Below, in pieces: positions 13,193-25,979 of a DNA stretch of 64,000 nt (its first letter is position 1; each line of letters begins with the position of its first letter). A program made the translations under genes and the position numbers. Under the pieces are notes generated by a model. It was not told where the DNA came from, made no database searches, and saw only the letters and a list, made by a program, of their open reading frames with translations. The DNA lies in contig NC_043008.1 in assembly GCF_006345805.1 (NCBI RefSeq), positions 17,050,001 through 17,114,000 of the forward strand, read 5' to 3'. The stretch is from Octopus sinensis. Its lineage: Eukaryota.

Positions 13193-14555
13193 TAAATAGA
13201 AATAATAAACAATTGTAGAAGTAATAATCTTGATCTCCAGCTTAACGTGGGTGTTATGTTAGGATACAGAATACTGCATTATTAAACCCGTGATGCATAA
13301 AGGCACTCGTAATTGCATCGCTGGCAGACACAGCTGTCTGTTACAGCCGCTGAAACTGTCACAACACGTGATTTCACTCTGCCATGGCTTCATCAGCAAC
13401 AGATGTCCAGCAACGCTCAATGATACGGTTACGAGTGCTTTTTGCACCATGTCTCCTTGTGAGAGATCCTCTGAAGTTAACTAACGCAACCGCCATATTA
13501 ATTTCTATATCAAGATTACTTTTTGATGTTAATACCGTTTCTGTCGCTATTAATTAGTTTTACACAAACCCAATAGTAATAGTAATTGTAGTGGTGTTAC
13601 TATTCGGGTTGTTGTTGTTGTTGTTTGGTCTTTAATCAACTCTGGTATAACAGACTTATGATGAAAGTAGCTTCAAACGTCCCATTTGTATCTTTGATTC
13701 TGGCAAACTTCTTTAAAACGGATTATCTGAAGCATATTTTACTTCGTAGGAAAACTCGCTGTTATTTGTAGACCGATTGACTGCTAAGTCGAATACAATT
13801 ACAAACCTTACTTCGTTAGCTTATTCCAATTATAGTTTCGTTCATAGATCTTTGATATGCATACAAAGGGATGTTCTTAACAGAATTTCTTCCAGAGAAA
13901 TCAAAATAATTATAACGATATGCCTCATTAGAATTTACAACGTTTGCAGATTTGGATGCTCTTGCCAGGAATTTATTATTATTTCATTTTGATACCAACC
14001 CGCCGGAGGACACGATTCGTTTTACGGTACAAAATTTCTATTTCAATGTTATCAACCTTAAAACTGTTCATTAAAATTTCTTGTTAATCTATGTTCCCAA
14101 ATACCATCTTAATCATGAAAAAGTTGTCTTATTAAATTTTTCATTATTTGCAACATTAATTATAATTGGTATATTTCAACAGAAATATAAGAAAACGGTC
14201 AAATATCTTTTCGTCTTGTTTTTCATACAATCATTATTTCATCATATCTCTTCCTTCTGTCACACATTCTCCCAGCTTGCATTTTATGTAGTAGTATAAA
14301 CCGACGAAGATATTTGCTCTAAACCTCTCATTTTTATGGCATACGATATGATCGAAACGAGTGATGAATTTGCTACTTTCTCGCGTTTGTTTGAGTACGA
14401 TCGGACGTCTTCTAAATTATTCCGCTGTCTCTACTCACTGTTATTACAGCAAAATCTGTACTCTCTGTTGATCACCGAACCGATATCAGATGAAATCGAA
14501 TTAAAGTTTCATTCCTAAAAATAGTTTAGCAATTGCGGGACATATGCGAAGGATC

Positions 14556-14706
14556 GGCTGCATGGTAAGTAGCTTGCTTACCAGCCACATGGTTCCGGGT
14601 TCAGTCCCACTGCGAGGCACCTTGGGCAACTGTCTTTTACTATAGCCTCGGGCCGACCACAGCCTTGTGAGTGGATTTGGTAGATGGAATCTGAAAGAAA
14701 TCCGTC
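14556..14706 (+). mobile_element. Family A SINE, 5' half
   Basis: GGTTCAGTCCC B box and CORE-like CACCTTGGGCAA; runs into an AC-rich tract. Confidence 0.88.
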
Positions 14707-15420
14707 ATATATATACACATACACATACATACACACACACACTTACACACATACACACATGCATACATACATACATACACACATATAAACACACATATAA
14801 GCCTCTACATTGTACACACACGCACACATATATACATACATTTACTCGCACCTACGTACACACACACGCACACACACACATATTTACATATATATACTAT
14901 ACACGTACACACACATACACACGTACAAACACACACAAACTCACATACACACCGACAGATATACATACACAATATACACCTAACCGCGCACGCACACATA
15001 CACATAAACACATACAAACGCACACATACACGCACACACATACACGTACATGCATACACACTTACACAAATGAACCCACACATACATCCCTACACACACA
15101 CACACGCACGTACAAGCACACACGCAAACATACACTAGGATAAGCAGAGTTACTCGCCACACACCCAAACTCTACGCATACACACACGAACACACACATA
15201 CTACAAACAACACACACACATGATACATATACTTACACGCACACATATACCCCTTTGTTTTTTTACCTGGTTTTGACCTGGCTGGATACAAGTGCCACTC
15301 CTTTATGACAGCTAGCTTGCTATGCCTATTATTCACCATACATACACACACACACACACACGCACGCACTAACACACTTGTCATCCTTGCACACACACAC
15401 ACACGCACCCACACACAATC
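14707..15420. repeat. Degenerate (AC)/(ACAT)-rich simple repeat
   Basis: Directly visible. Confidence 0.9.
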
Positions 15421-15565
15421 CTTGTCTTTGAAACTCTGTTGTTTTTAAAAATCATGATTCGTCTACCTCTCAACTTCTGTTCTTTCAACATGTGATCTCT
15501 TGAGCACCACCAGCAAAAATATTTTTTTCCTCTGTCTTCCCTTCTCGGGATCTTTCCTTCTCCTT

Positions 15566-15600
15566 GTTTCCGACGAAGAGCTCCGCTCGAAACGTTAAAC
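15566..15600 (+). ncRNA. Minimal type I hammerhead ribozyme-like motif (CCGACGA core) in a Penelope-like terminal repeat
   Basis: GTTT-CCGACGA-A-GAGC TCC GCTC-GAAA-C G-TT-AAAC: stem I GTTT/AAAC, stem II GAGC/GCTC, loopless palindromic stem III (AACGTT). Confidence 0.65.
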
Positions 15601-15711
15601 CCTCCTTCCCTTCTTTCCTGAGCGTCAAATAATACTTTAATTGTTCCACGTCCTCGCGTTGCTGTGTTTTTTTCTGTTTTCTTGTTTGGATTAACTATAT
15701 ATATATGTATG

Positions 15712-15856
<145 letters not shown>

Positions 15857-15963
15857 GTGTGTGTGTGTAGGTGGTCAAACTCTTCATAAAGAGTAGACAA
15901 CAACCATGTATGTATGCATGTATGTATGTATGCGTGTATATGTGTGTGTATGTATGTGTGGAA

Positions 15964-16337
15964 GCGCAATGGCCCAGTGGCTAGGGCAGCGAACTGGCGG
16001 TCGTAGGATTGCTGTTTCGATTCCCAGACCGGGCGTTGTGAGTGCTTATTGAACGAAAACACCTAAAGCTCCACGATATTCCGGTAGGGGATGGTGGTGA
16101 ACCCTGCTGTACTCTTTTACCACACCTTCCTCTCACGCTTTCTTCCTGTTTCTCTTGTACCTGTATTTCAACGGGCCAGCCTTGTCACTCTCTGTGTCAG
16201 GCTGAATCTCTCCGAGAACTATGTTAAGGGTACGCATGTCTGTGGAGTGCTCAGCCATTTCCACGTTAATTCCACGAGCAAGCTGTTCCGTTGATCGGAT
16301 CAACTGGAACACTCGTCGTCGTAACCGACGGAGTGCC
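15964..16337 (+). mobile_element. tRNA-derived SINE, family C, full length
   Basis: A box TGGCCCAGTGG, B-box-like GTTTCGATTCC; tail to GTAACCGACGGAGTGCC shared with 46760-47065. Confidence 0.9.
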
Positions 16338-16685
16338 AGTCATGTATATATGTATGTTTTACGTATTTATATATGCATGTATGAATTATGTTTTCTATAT
16401 TAAGCATAAATTTATGTTGCTTTGTTGTTGTCATTTATTTATCTCTACAGAATTTCTAATGCAGCATAGCAATGGCATCTGTTTTTATATTAAACATATA
16501 TTTGATTAACTCCCTATCTGATTAACTCCCTATTCTCTTAACTGCGAAGCCTCTACAGGATTACACCCTGTGTCTGCTATATCAGTTACTTTGTTTATTT
16601 AATGAAATATACCCAGGTCAGTCCTGATCAACCTGATCTGTGAGCAAAGAATTTTCAACCTTGACTATGTCATCTTGTTGTAATG

Positions 16686-17414
16686 AAGAGGTTCTCGAAC
16701 TTTTGGGGTCACCGCATACCACATAGACCAACATAATACCCCCAGTGCTCCCACCCCTATATTTATGTCTAAATAAATATTTTATACTTTACTTATTTTA
16801 TATATAGTAATTTATATATAGTATGGATCATTTGATATTTAATGTGATATTATACAATTTGTATAAAATATTATCTCTTATTATAAAAGGCAGATTTTAT
16901 CTGCCTCCCTTTGTTACTTATAGAAATCTACAATATAGGATTTCTTCAATTACAATTTACCTAGAATTTTTAAGAGTAGAATGCATCGGGTCATGCCAGG
17001 TCCAGTTTTTAAAATTTAAACTCCAATTAAGCAAAATTTACAGAAAACTCACATTCTGGTGTGTATGTCAAATGCTTTTCTCAATGTGGTTTACACCACA
17101 CGCACACACACAGTGTGCAACGAATAAAATGAAAGTAAATAGCGACAGAGTGATTTGAGGAAGACTAAACTGAAAGTATTTAAACCACTACTCAAAAAAT
17201 AAAAAAACACAGCAAACAGAAACAAATAAATACATAACGATTTACTCCTCACACAATTTCTTCAATTAGAGTTTACGTAAGATTTTTCAAAGTACTCCAT
17301 TCGGTCATGCCATAATATATTTCTTTCAATTTCACCCCCAATTAAGACAAAATTCGAGAAAACTCAATATTTTAACATTTCACTCCGAAAGCATTGATGT
17401 ACATGTGTGCGTGC

Positions 17415-17453
<39 letters not shown>

Positions 17454-18693
17454 ATGGGTTGTGCGACACAGAAAGTGTGGTGTGTAAGTGAAGTGCTTTT
17501 GTTAGTGTGTGTAAAGAGACAGACAGAGTGAAAGACAGAAATAGCTGAACTTTTTTTATTCACTTTTTGTAGTGAGTGACTGAGAGAGAAAAGAGAGAGA
17601 GAGAGGTTATGTATGTATATATGTATGTATGGCTTCAGTGACACACACACACAAAAACACATACCTACGTACACCTAAAGCACGCACACACACAAGCGGA
17701 GCGCGAACTTCAAAATTTTGGTAGTATTAATTTGCGAGCGTACTTCTAAGCGCGCGTAATTGAAAGTTTTCACTATGATATCATCACGTGCGAAAAATTC
17801 GAAGGGTTTTGAACAATTGAGATACAGATGTCACGCATGTATTGAAACCATTGCTAAGCTGCCGTAATTGCTTAATTAAGACTTTGTTTAAATTGAAAGG
17901 GGCAAATATGTGACGAGGTTGAAAAAAAATACCCCAGAAAAAAAAATGTACTGCTGGTATTTATATAATTCACTACTATTTTGCTACAATGTCATGAAAA
18001 AGAAAAAATTTAGGTATGTAAATCGAATTCGCCACCTCCTTTTCCCCGTTCGCGTTTGTGTAAAAAAAAATATTATTTAAGTTTTAAAAATTATTTACTT
18101 TGTTCAAAAAATATTAATATTAATTAATTTTCAAGAATTATTTAATTTTATTCTGTAAAATAGTAATTAATTCATTTATCTGTAAATCCGCGAGGTTGTT
18201 ACTCAGGCACCTAGAATGGTAACCTTCAACTAACACTATCTCCTCCGAGACCCTGCGGCGCAAGTTGACCAAAATTGAGAGTATGGTAGAAGAAGGGTTG
18301 CTCTTCCTTCTGTAGAACATAAAATTCAAATCGGACCATGTTAACACCAAAAATTATTTACATCAAAAAGATGCTTTTTTCTATGAAAATCCCTATTTTT
18401 TACGATTTTTTCACTGCTGTGTCGCCACTTTTCGGTGTATTTCGACCAGAAAAATGTTCACAAAATTTTTACTTTTCAAAATTACAATTCCAGCGGGTCG
18501 AAACAAACCCGAGCAACGCCGGGCGATACTGCTAGTGATAATATAATAAATTTATAGCATCCCCAATCCACTGCCTTCCTCCCAACGCCTCCCTTTTCTC
18601 TACTGTCTCCTACCCTTTAGGCACCAGCGCCCACCTGGACCGTCTCAACGCCCACTGGGGTGGGGGTGGTAGCACTCACTTTGAGAACCTATG
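16686..18693. mobile_element. Probable hAT-type MITE split by a Helitron insertion
   Basis: Ends AAGAGGTTCTCGAAC / CTTTGAGAACCTATG resemble CAGNGGTTCTCAAA hAT termini; flanking 8-mers TTGTAATG / TTTTAAGG match 6/8. Confidence 0.4.
16874..18535 (+). mobile_element. Non-autonomous Helitron
   Basis: 5' A|TCTCTTATTATAAAAGG; 3' hairpin CCCGAGCAACGCCGGG (18508-18523), then CTAG|T; AT target, no TSD. Confidence 0.75.
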
Positions 18694-18893
18694 TTTTAAG
18701 GCATAGCATATCAACGAATATGTTACTCAAGATATACAAAAGCCAATATATTCATTTGAAAGACATAATCGTGTAATTTAAATAGTATTTCGCTACTATT
18801 TCTAGCGCGTTAAGCGGGCCTTATAGACATCAGCTTTGTTTGCCTGTTTCTGAACTTGGAAATTTGCGTTTTAGAATTACCATCTTTCTGATT

Positions 18894-18924
<31 letters not shown>

Positions 18925-20164
18925 GTCTTCGGCGTTACTTCGAAACTTAAGGATGCGTTCGAAGTTATTTGCTCCTTCTTTTATCTGCCATGAAGCTTCT
19001 AGTTTTCAAGGCTCCACTTTCTGATGGTTGAAATGAAACTACGCTAACAGAGCTTGCACTGAAGCTAGTGAAACGATCACTGTCCAAGAAGCTGTTGCGT
19101 GGCATTTACTTTCCTACTGAAACTTTTTCCATCAACTAACAGGTATCGAAAATGGTCTGAAACAAACTTTTCTTCAGTACTTACCGTCTTTCACGATATC
19201 TTTTCAATTGTCAGTTAAGATGCTACTCAGTAGCGTGGGTTTTGGAAAACCTAAGTATCATAATTAAAAGTGATTAAACATACTCGAGGATAGAAAATGA
19301 TATTTTTTTAATTATCACTTTAAAATAATGCATTTAGTGCAATCTGTTATTTAAATAATCCAAAGGAAATTATAGCTGCTGTTGTCCATATCAATTAATT
19401 CCTGTGGAAAAGAGTTGTCTTAAAAGTTTGCTGTGTGTTCATTTACCGTTTATCTGAAGATAAAGAACGCAAGAAATGAACTTGTAACGTTGGTTGCAGT
19501 CAACCATAGAGAACGCTTCAGTGGGATATGAAATCAGAACATTAAAAAACAGAATACCATAATAATGATAATAATAACAATAACATACTGTAAAAGAAAA
19601 TGAACTACATACAGTTCTTAAAATTGACGAAATGACTCAGAGTTGCCTGTTTTGTTTTCTTTTATACGTTTCATTCCAAAGGTCGTGATCAAGCTGGAGC
19701 ATCACTTTGTGTGAAAAATATACCGCTCAGTTATTTAAATTTATGCTTCATTTTATGATTTCTTATGCGGGAAATTACAAACGCCGCAAGAAAAAAAAAG
19801 GATAATTCTAGCTTTAATTATTAATTCTTGTATAGGAATGCATGGGTGACAAGTGCAAAATATTAAAGAGAAAGAAAGTAAAATAAAAACGATTCTGTGC
19901 AAATGTGTGTCCAATATTTCGCCTGTAGGATGATAAAATTCATTAGAACCCCTTGTGAAGTATATTTAAAGCAGTCTTTACTAAATCTTCGGAAACTGTG
20001 TCAGATATAATATGCGTGTATAGAGAATATGTCTCTATACATATTGTTGGCGTTTGTCCTCCTCAACGCTCTACAAGCAATGTTGGTTTCTATGTATCTC
20101 TGTTATCTCTCGGTTCGGCAAAAGAGATCAATATAATAGGTCCCAGAAATAAAAAAATAACATA

Positions 20165-20665
20165 TGAAATGGAGGGGTTTATTCGATTAAAGTTTCCAAA
20201 GTCGTTCTGCAGAATGTCTGGTTCTTATTTTGTCAAGACCGAAAAGATGAAAGTTGAAGTCGACCTTATGAGAGCTCAAAATCTCTCGTGGAAGCGTCAT
20301 CCAACCAAAATGCAAATATATGGGAAACTACCACCTGTGTCATCTCTTGTGAAAGGTAGAAGAGTCCAGTTTGCTGGACATTGTTGTAGAGCTGAAAACG
20401 AGGCAATTTCTACTCTTCTCCCCTGGAAGCCATCTACTCGCAATACCAGAGGGCGCACACTCTCCTACCCTGATGTAACCTCCAGGAATACAGGCATCCA
20501 GCAACAGGACCTCCGTAATGCTATGATGGACCGTGAAGTCTGGCGTAGCATGGTAAATTCCATTTTCTCGACCACGATAATGATGATGTCGACCTCGGCT
20601 GTATTTGAACTCAGAATGTGAAGCAGGAAGTATTGCTACAAAGCACTTTGTCCGAGGTGCTAAAT
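20165..20665 (-). mobile_element. Family B SINE interrupted by an RTE insertion
   Basis: GACCGAAAAGATGAAAGTTGAAGTCGACCT continues as GTCGACCTCGGCTGTATTTGAACTCAGAA after the insert. Confidence 0.8.
20267..20587 (+). mobile_element. 5'-truncated RTE-clade LINE 3' end
   Basis: MRAQNLSWKRHP..RRVQFAGHCCRAE..DLRNAMMDREVWRSMV matches RTE C-termini; (GAT)n tail; 8-bp TSD GTCGACCT at 20259-20266 and 20588-20595. Confidence 0.85.
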
Positions 20666-20759
20666 ATTCTGAGAACACGCTGTGTAATTTTTAATACAAT
20701 GATTTCCTTGGTTAAATAATGTTTATTGTTAGTAACATCATATTGATTGGCAACATTTT

Positions 20760-20930
20760 GCTTGGCTTCACACGCTGAAATCAAATTCCGCCGTGGTGGA
20801 CTTTGCTTTTCACCCTTTCGGGCTCAATAGAAAACATTACCAGTCGATGACTGCAGTCAATGTATTCGACCGGCCTCCTTCCCACGCAACGTCATTCCAT
20901 GTGCTTATTGTAGAAAGGATATTATTATAA
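20760..20930 (+). mobile_element. Degraded family B SINE
   Basis: TCAAATTCCGCCGTGGTGGACTTTGCTTTTCACCCTTTCGGG body. Confidence 0.7.
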
Positions 20931-21216
20931 TACATCTCTGAGCGAGGTATAAACAGTAGCTGCACCACATCGTGAAGTATATTTGCCATTTAAATGTGGT
21001 AACTCCTATGGGTGGATGCTACTGTAGCTTGTAGCCCCAGGAGAACACCTCCTCCGGCTGGCTATTGACATACTTTCGGTGCCCGATCAATATTTGAAAA
21101 GGGAAGCCATCCTTCCCGTCTTCAACCTATGATACACACGGACTCGAGTTTCTGGGTTTGACCCGTCAATACCCAGAAGACCCGTCAATTATGATATTAA
21201 TCGTCCATACAGCAAA

Positions 21217-21440
21217 GGCACCGAGGTAGCATAATCGGTGGCACGTCGGCCACAATGCTTAACTACGCTTCGTTCGTCTTTACGCAACGAGTTCAAATTC
21301 CATCGGAGTGAACTTTGATTTTCGTCCCTTAGGCGTCGATAAAATAAGTACTGGATGAGAACTGGGGGATTCGATGTAATCACCTTACTCCCTCTCTCCG
21401 AACTTTGCTGGCCTTGTGCAAAAATGTGAAACCAATATTG
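21217..21440 (+). mobile_element. Degraded family B SINE
   Basis: GAGTTCAAATTCC B box, GTCGATAAAATAAGTAC, GGCCTTGTG tail. Confidence 0.75.
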
Positions 21441-21937
21441 TAAATAGCTTGCTGAATAGCCATGTTAATACAAGGCTACTTTTTAAATTAGGCATGACTG
21501 GGGATAAAATAATCAATAATATCGATTACATCCAATAATTTATTGCTACTTATTTTGCGAATCCCTGAAACGCTGGAAATATTACATTCGCTAGATTCAA
21601 ACGTTAAAATATTGAACTTCAAAATATTTTGCTCGACGCCAATCGGTTCTGCTAATTCATTTTAGTGATTCTGTATAATGTTCTTCATCCATCCATCCAT
21701 CTTCTCCGCCCACTATTCTTAAATGGGTGGAAAGGGGGTAGTTTCCTCAGGCACCTCCTTCATGGGGGGGGGGTCCTGTAGAGAAGTAACAAGCATGAGA
21801 TTTTCCGGATGCATTTGTCAAGCGTGACTGACTCTCAAAAATTCTTCAACCGTAACGTTCGCAATCAACCCTTACGTATCCTGCCGGTTGGCACGGCTTG
21901 CCAAATCCGTCATTTGATTCTTTTCCGAGGCATTACA

Positions 21938-22126
21938 GAAGAAGAAGAAGAAGAAGAAGAAGAAGAAGAAGAAGAAGAAGAAGGAGGATTTCTACTGCGG
22001 CTGTTGCTACTTATGACGATGGTGACGACGATGATGATGTTGATACTGATGATGTAGAAAAGAAACGAAATCCAGGACTGTGGAGTCAGTAGTAGTAGTA
22101 GCAGCAGCAGTAGTAGTAGTAGTAGT

Positions 22127-22203
<77 letters not shown>

Positions 22204-22376
22204 AATAATAAGAAGAAGAAGAAGAAGGAGAAGAATAAGGAGAAGGAGTAGAAAAAGAAGAAGAAGAAGGAGAAGAAGAAGGAGAAGAAGAAGAAGAAGA
22301 AGAAGAAGAAGAAGGAGAAGAAGGAGAAGAAGAAGAAGAAGAAGAAGGAGAATAATAATAATAATAATAATAATAA

Positions 22377-22407
<31 letters not shown>

Positions 22408-22470
22408 AAGAAGAGAAGAAGAAGAAAGAAGAAGAAGAAGGAGAAGAAGAAGAGAAGAAGAAGAAGAAGA
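21938..22470. repeat. Compound trinucleotide block (GAA)n-cassette-(TAG)/(CAG)-(GAA)/(AAT)
   Basis: Directly visible. Confidence 0.95.
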
Positions 22471-22691
22471 ACAACAGCAACAACTAGCAAAGCCAAACTC
22501 CAGAATAAAGAATATATGTATATTTTCAATTAGTTTAGCAGTAATCGGATTGTCTCCTACGTGTTTCAGTATATTTTAATAAAGTAATGAGTTGTGATAA
22601 AAAACATAAACTCAGGACATATTACATTTTCATTAGCAGATAGAGTGTGAAATAAATAACGGTACATCATATCTGTATTAATGATAAACGG

Positions 22692-22733
<42 letters not shown>

Positions 22734-22875
22734 TTGCTTCTGAAATAGTTTTGAATCAGTTTAGATTTTTTTACATAAGTTGTTGGCTAGTTTGTATATT
22801 TGTTAATTTCGAATTACTTTTCAGAAGCTACAACGATAATGCAGATACACACACATAGAAACATATATAGATATA

Positions 22876-22927
<52 letters not shown>

Positions 22928-23015
22928 TACACACGTATTCACCTATATTCTTGTGTATGTACACACATATACGCAAAACGCACATACCCGCGTCTATGTA
23001 GGTATATGTTTATTT

Positions 23016-23101
<86 letters not shown>

Positions 23102-23883
23102 CATATATATTTGTGTGTGTGTGTGCGTTGTCTTATTTACTCTAGACAATTTATAATTATAGCTCAGATATAAAGCAATTAGCAAACAATTATAGCGTTG
23201 TCAATAACAATAAAATAATCACTACAATTATTCTAAAACTTGCTTTGTTTCTATTATTTATATTGTTTCAGACCGAAGGGCGGATATATATTTAATTGAC
23301 GAGTGTGCCGAGCAAAATGTCTCCGTATATTACATTACGTTTCATTTACATTGTGAGGTCAAATCTCGCCAGTGTTTACATTTCCTGGCGTAATTCGCAC
23401 CTCAAAAACGTAAGTACCAATAAGTAACATTGTCGACAAAAATTGATTATATTATTCCCCGTGTTGTTTAGTCTTACACGTATTTTAAAAATCAATATTG
23501 GTCTGAAATTTGACGCAAGGACTGAATCTTTAGAGGAGCGGTGTTGTTGAATTAACGTCGTAAAATGTAATTGTTACTGAGGGATTACATTCGATATCCC
23601 CAGTTTCTGCTGTGAGTATCAAGATCCTCCTCTGATCGCCCACCATAATTTTCATGATCTACAATGAATTTCCTGAAATTAAATATATTAAAGTACAGTG
23701 ATACATCGCAATACGAATTTCAATCGACCAAGTTCGTCATACGATTTACTCATTTTACAAATTAATTTTCCCCCATTAAAATTAACTAAAATTTACGCTT
23801 TCTATTATCTGTCTTATGCCTTGATTTCATTTCCCGTATGAAAGAAATTAGGCATTGTAATGGGTACTGGGAATATCCCAGCA

Positions 23884-23911
23884 CCCGGGTATTACCGGGT
23901 ACCTCAGCTAG
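23884..23911 (+). mobile_element. Helitron-type 3' terminus (5' end not located)
   Basis: Hairpin CCCGG-GTATTA-CCGGG, 8 nt spacer, CTAG|T. Confidence 0.6.
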
Positions 23912-24074
23912 TATTATATTCAAATGAGTCCGTTGTAATTAATAATAAAAGAGTTCCGTTCGACAATCTAATACTGGATTAGTGGCAAAAGAGATTTTCT
24001 TCCATTGTAATTTGTCAGTTTTTATATTTAGAAAGAGATATGTTCACTATTGTCTCAACAACCAAAATAATGCC

Positions 24075-24113
<39 letters not shown>

Positions 24114-24311
24114 GTTATCTATCCTTCTCATAACTCTCTAGATAATAATCTCAATCACTCCCTCGTTCTTTTTCTGTCTACCCCTCCCTGTATATATACA
24201 TGTGTGTGCGTTTCTCTCTCTATACACACACACACGCACACACACATATACACATACACACTCACACACACATATATATATATACATATATACATATGTG
24301 TATATAAGGTA

Positions 24312-24342
<31 letters not shown>

Positions 24343-24356
24343 TATATGTATATGTA

Positions 24357-24562
24357 TATAATTTCAACAATTGAGGGTAAAATTAATTAATTATTAATCA
24401 ATTTCACCAAGTATTCAGTATGTAAAGGGACCATTATAGGCGAATTCAAAATATTACATTATATATAAGGGCTTAGTAAAATAAATTACTTTGCCACATA
24501 CTGAATACTTGGTGAAATTGATTAATAATTAATTAATTTTACCCTCAATTGTTGAAATTATA
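24357..24562. repeat. Perfect 67-bp inverted repeat with 72-bp spacer
   Basis: 24357-24423 is the exact reverse complement of 24496-24562 (checked base by base). Confidence 0.95.
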
Positions 24563-24778
24563 ATTCATCTTTCTCTGCTAAATGCTGCGGTTTTCACCGT
24601 TAATACATGGTGTTTGTCAATTTTAACCCACGCTGGTGGAAAGGGGAGAGCAGAAATTCTTCGCTTGCATATTCGAATTTGATAGCACTTTTAGTTCGAG
24701 CAGAATTCTAGAGGTGATTAGAAGCCGAAAGGGTATGCTCCCGACTTTCAGTGTTCCCAAATCCGATTCAAGGAATTC

Positions 24779-24830
24779 TGAGCTGAAGAAAGAAATGTCG
24801 AATTGACTAATCTAGAAACGTACGTTCTCA
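24779..24830 (+). ncRNA. Type I hammerhead ribozyme-like motif with canonical CUGAAGA core
   Basis: TGAG-CTGAAGA-(interrupted stem II AGA..GTC/GAC..TCT)-GAAA-C GTAC G-TT-CTCA; palindromic stem III AACGTACGTT. Confidence 0.65.
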
Positions 24831-25067
24831 AATAACCTTTGCACTTGATTTTTTAATGTTTTTTCCCCCATACTTTTGTGAGTTAGTTTAGGCAAACACT
24901 ATCGAGAGAGATCTTCTTTAAGTATTAGAAATAGCTGAAGAAATTTCTTTAGCTGCTATTCTAAGAGTTCAGTATGTGGCAAAGTAATTTATTTTACTAA
25001 GCCCTTATATATAATGTATATGTATATATATAAGGATATATGCATATTGGAAGATATATATATGTAC

Positions 25068-25139
<72 letters not shown>

Positions 25140-25979
25140 ATATGTATGTATGTATACAAACACATACATATATGTATATAATCATGATTGTATGTATATT
25201 TGTTTGTATGTATATAAAAATGTAAAACATAGAATATATAAATCAACGATGACATCAGTTCGTTACATGTATCACATTGCGACAAACTTTTACTATTTCG
25301 AGTCTTCCGATTTCTCTTTATACCCGCTCAAGCACTGTTCACCAGACAGCTTAATCATTCTTATAGATTACTCAAGCGTCATATTCAACTGAAGAAACCA
25401 TAACAAAACACACGCGCGCATGCGTATGTGCTCGTGTGAGTGTCTGTATATGAGTGCACGGTTTAATCATTGTTTTTGTTTTGACTGTCATTTACTGGCT
25501 TAATTAATAATCATAGATTATCTTTCATGGTACGCGGTTAGAATGTAATGGTATGTAGGATTCCGGAATCTTCCCTTAACATAAATTCAAGAGTAAGCTC
25601 TTCACTGATAACAATTTTGCATCATTAGAAACTTGCAGCGATAGTATTGAAACATGTACACGACAGACACCTGTTTCATGGGTATAGTTCCACTGATCGT
25701 GAGAATCCAATATCGATTGCAACAGTTAGAACCGAGATTTTTAAATGGTGGTGTTGTCGGCTTCGAATCCAGGCTGTACTCTGTTGCTTCGGAAGAGTGT
25801 TTCTCTGTCTCACGCTCTTTGTTACACAAGAGGTTTGGGGCAAAAGTCGTGTACAAAATAAGTTCAATACGCACCGGAATTGTCAAACACGTGCTTCATT
25901 TTTTTCCCCAAATTGAATAAAAGAAATAAAATAATAATGAATACCTACGTATTTGTAAATAGTGAACCAAATGAATTAG

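Noticed and set aside
13352-13400. Minus-strand CTGATGA..GAAA
   Set aside because: Five unpaired bases precede GAAA and there is no valid U16.1-H17; likely chance.
21725-21775. G-quadruplex candidate
   Set aside because: Needs a ~24-nt loop and splitting of one G run; weak.
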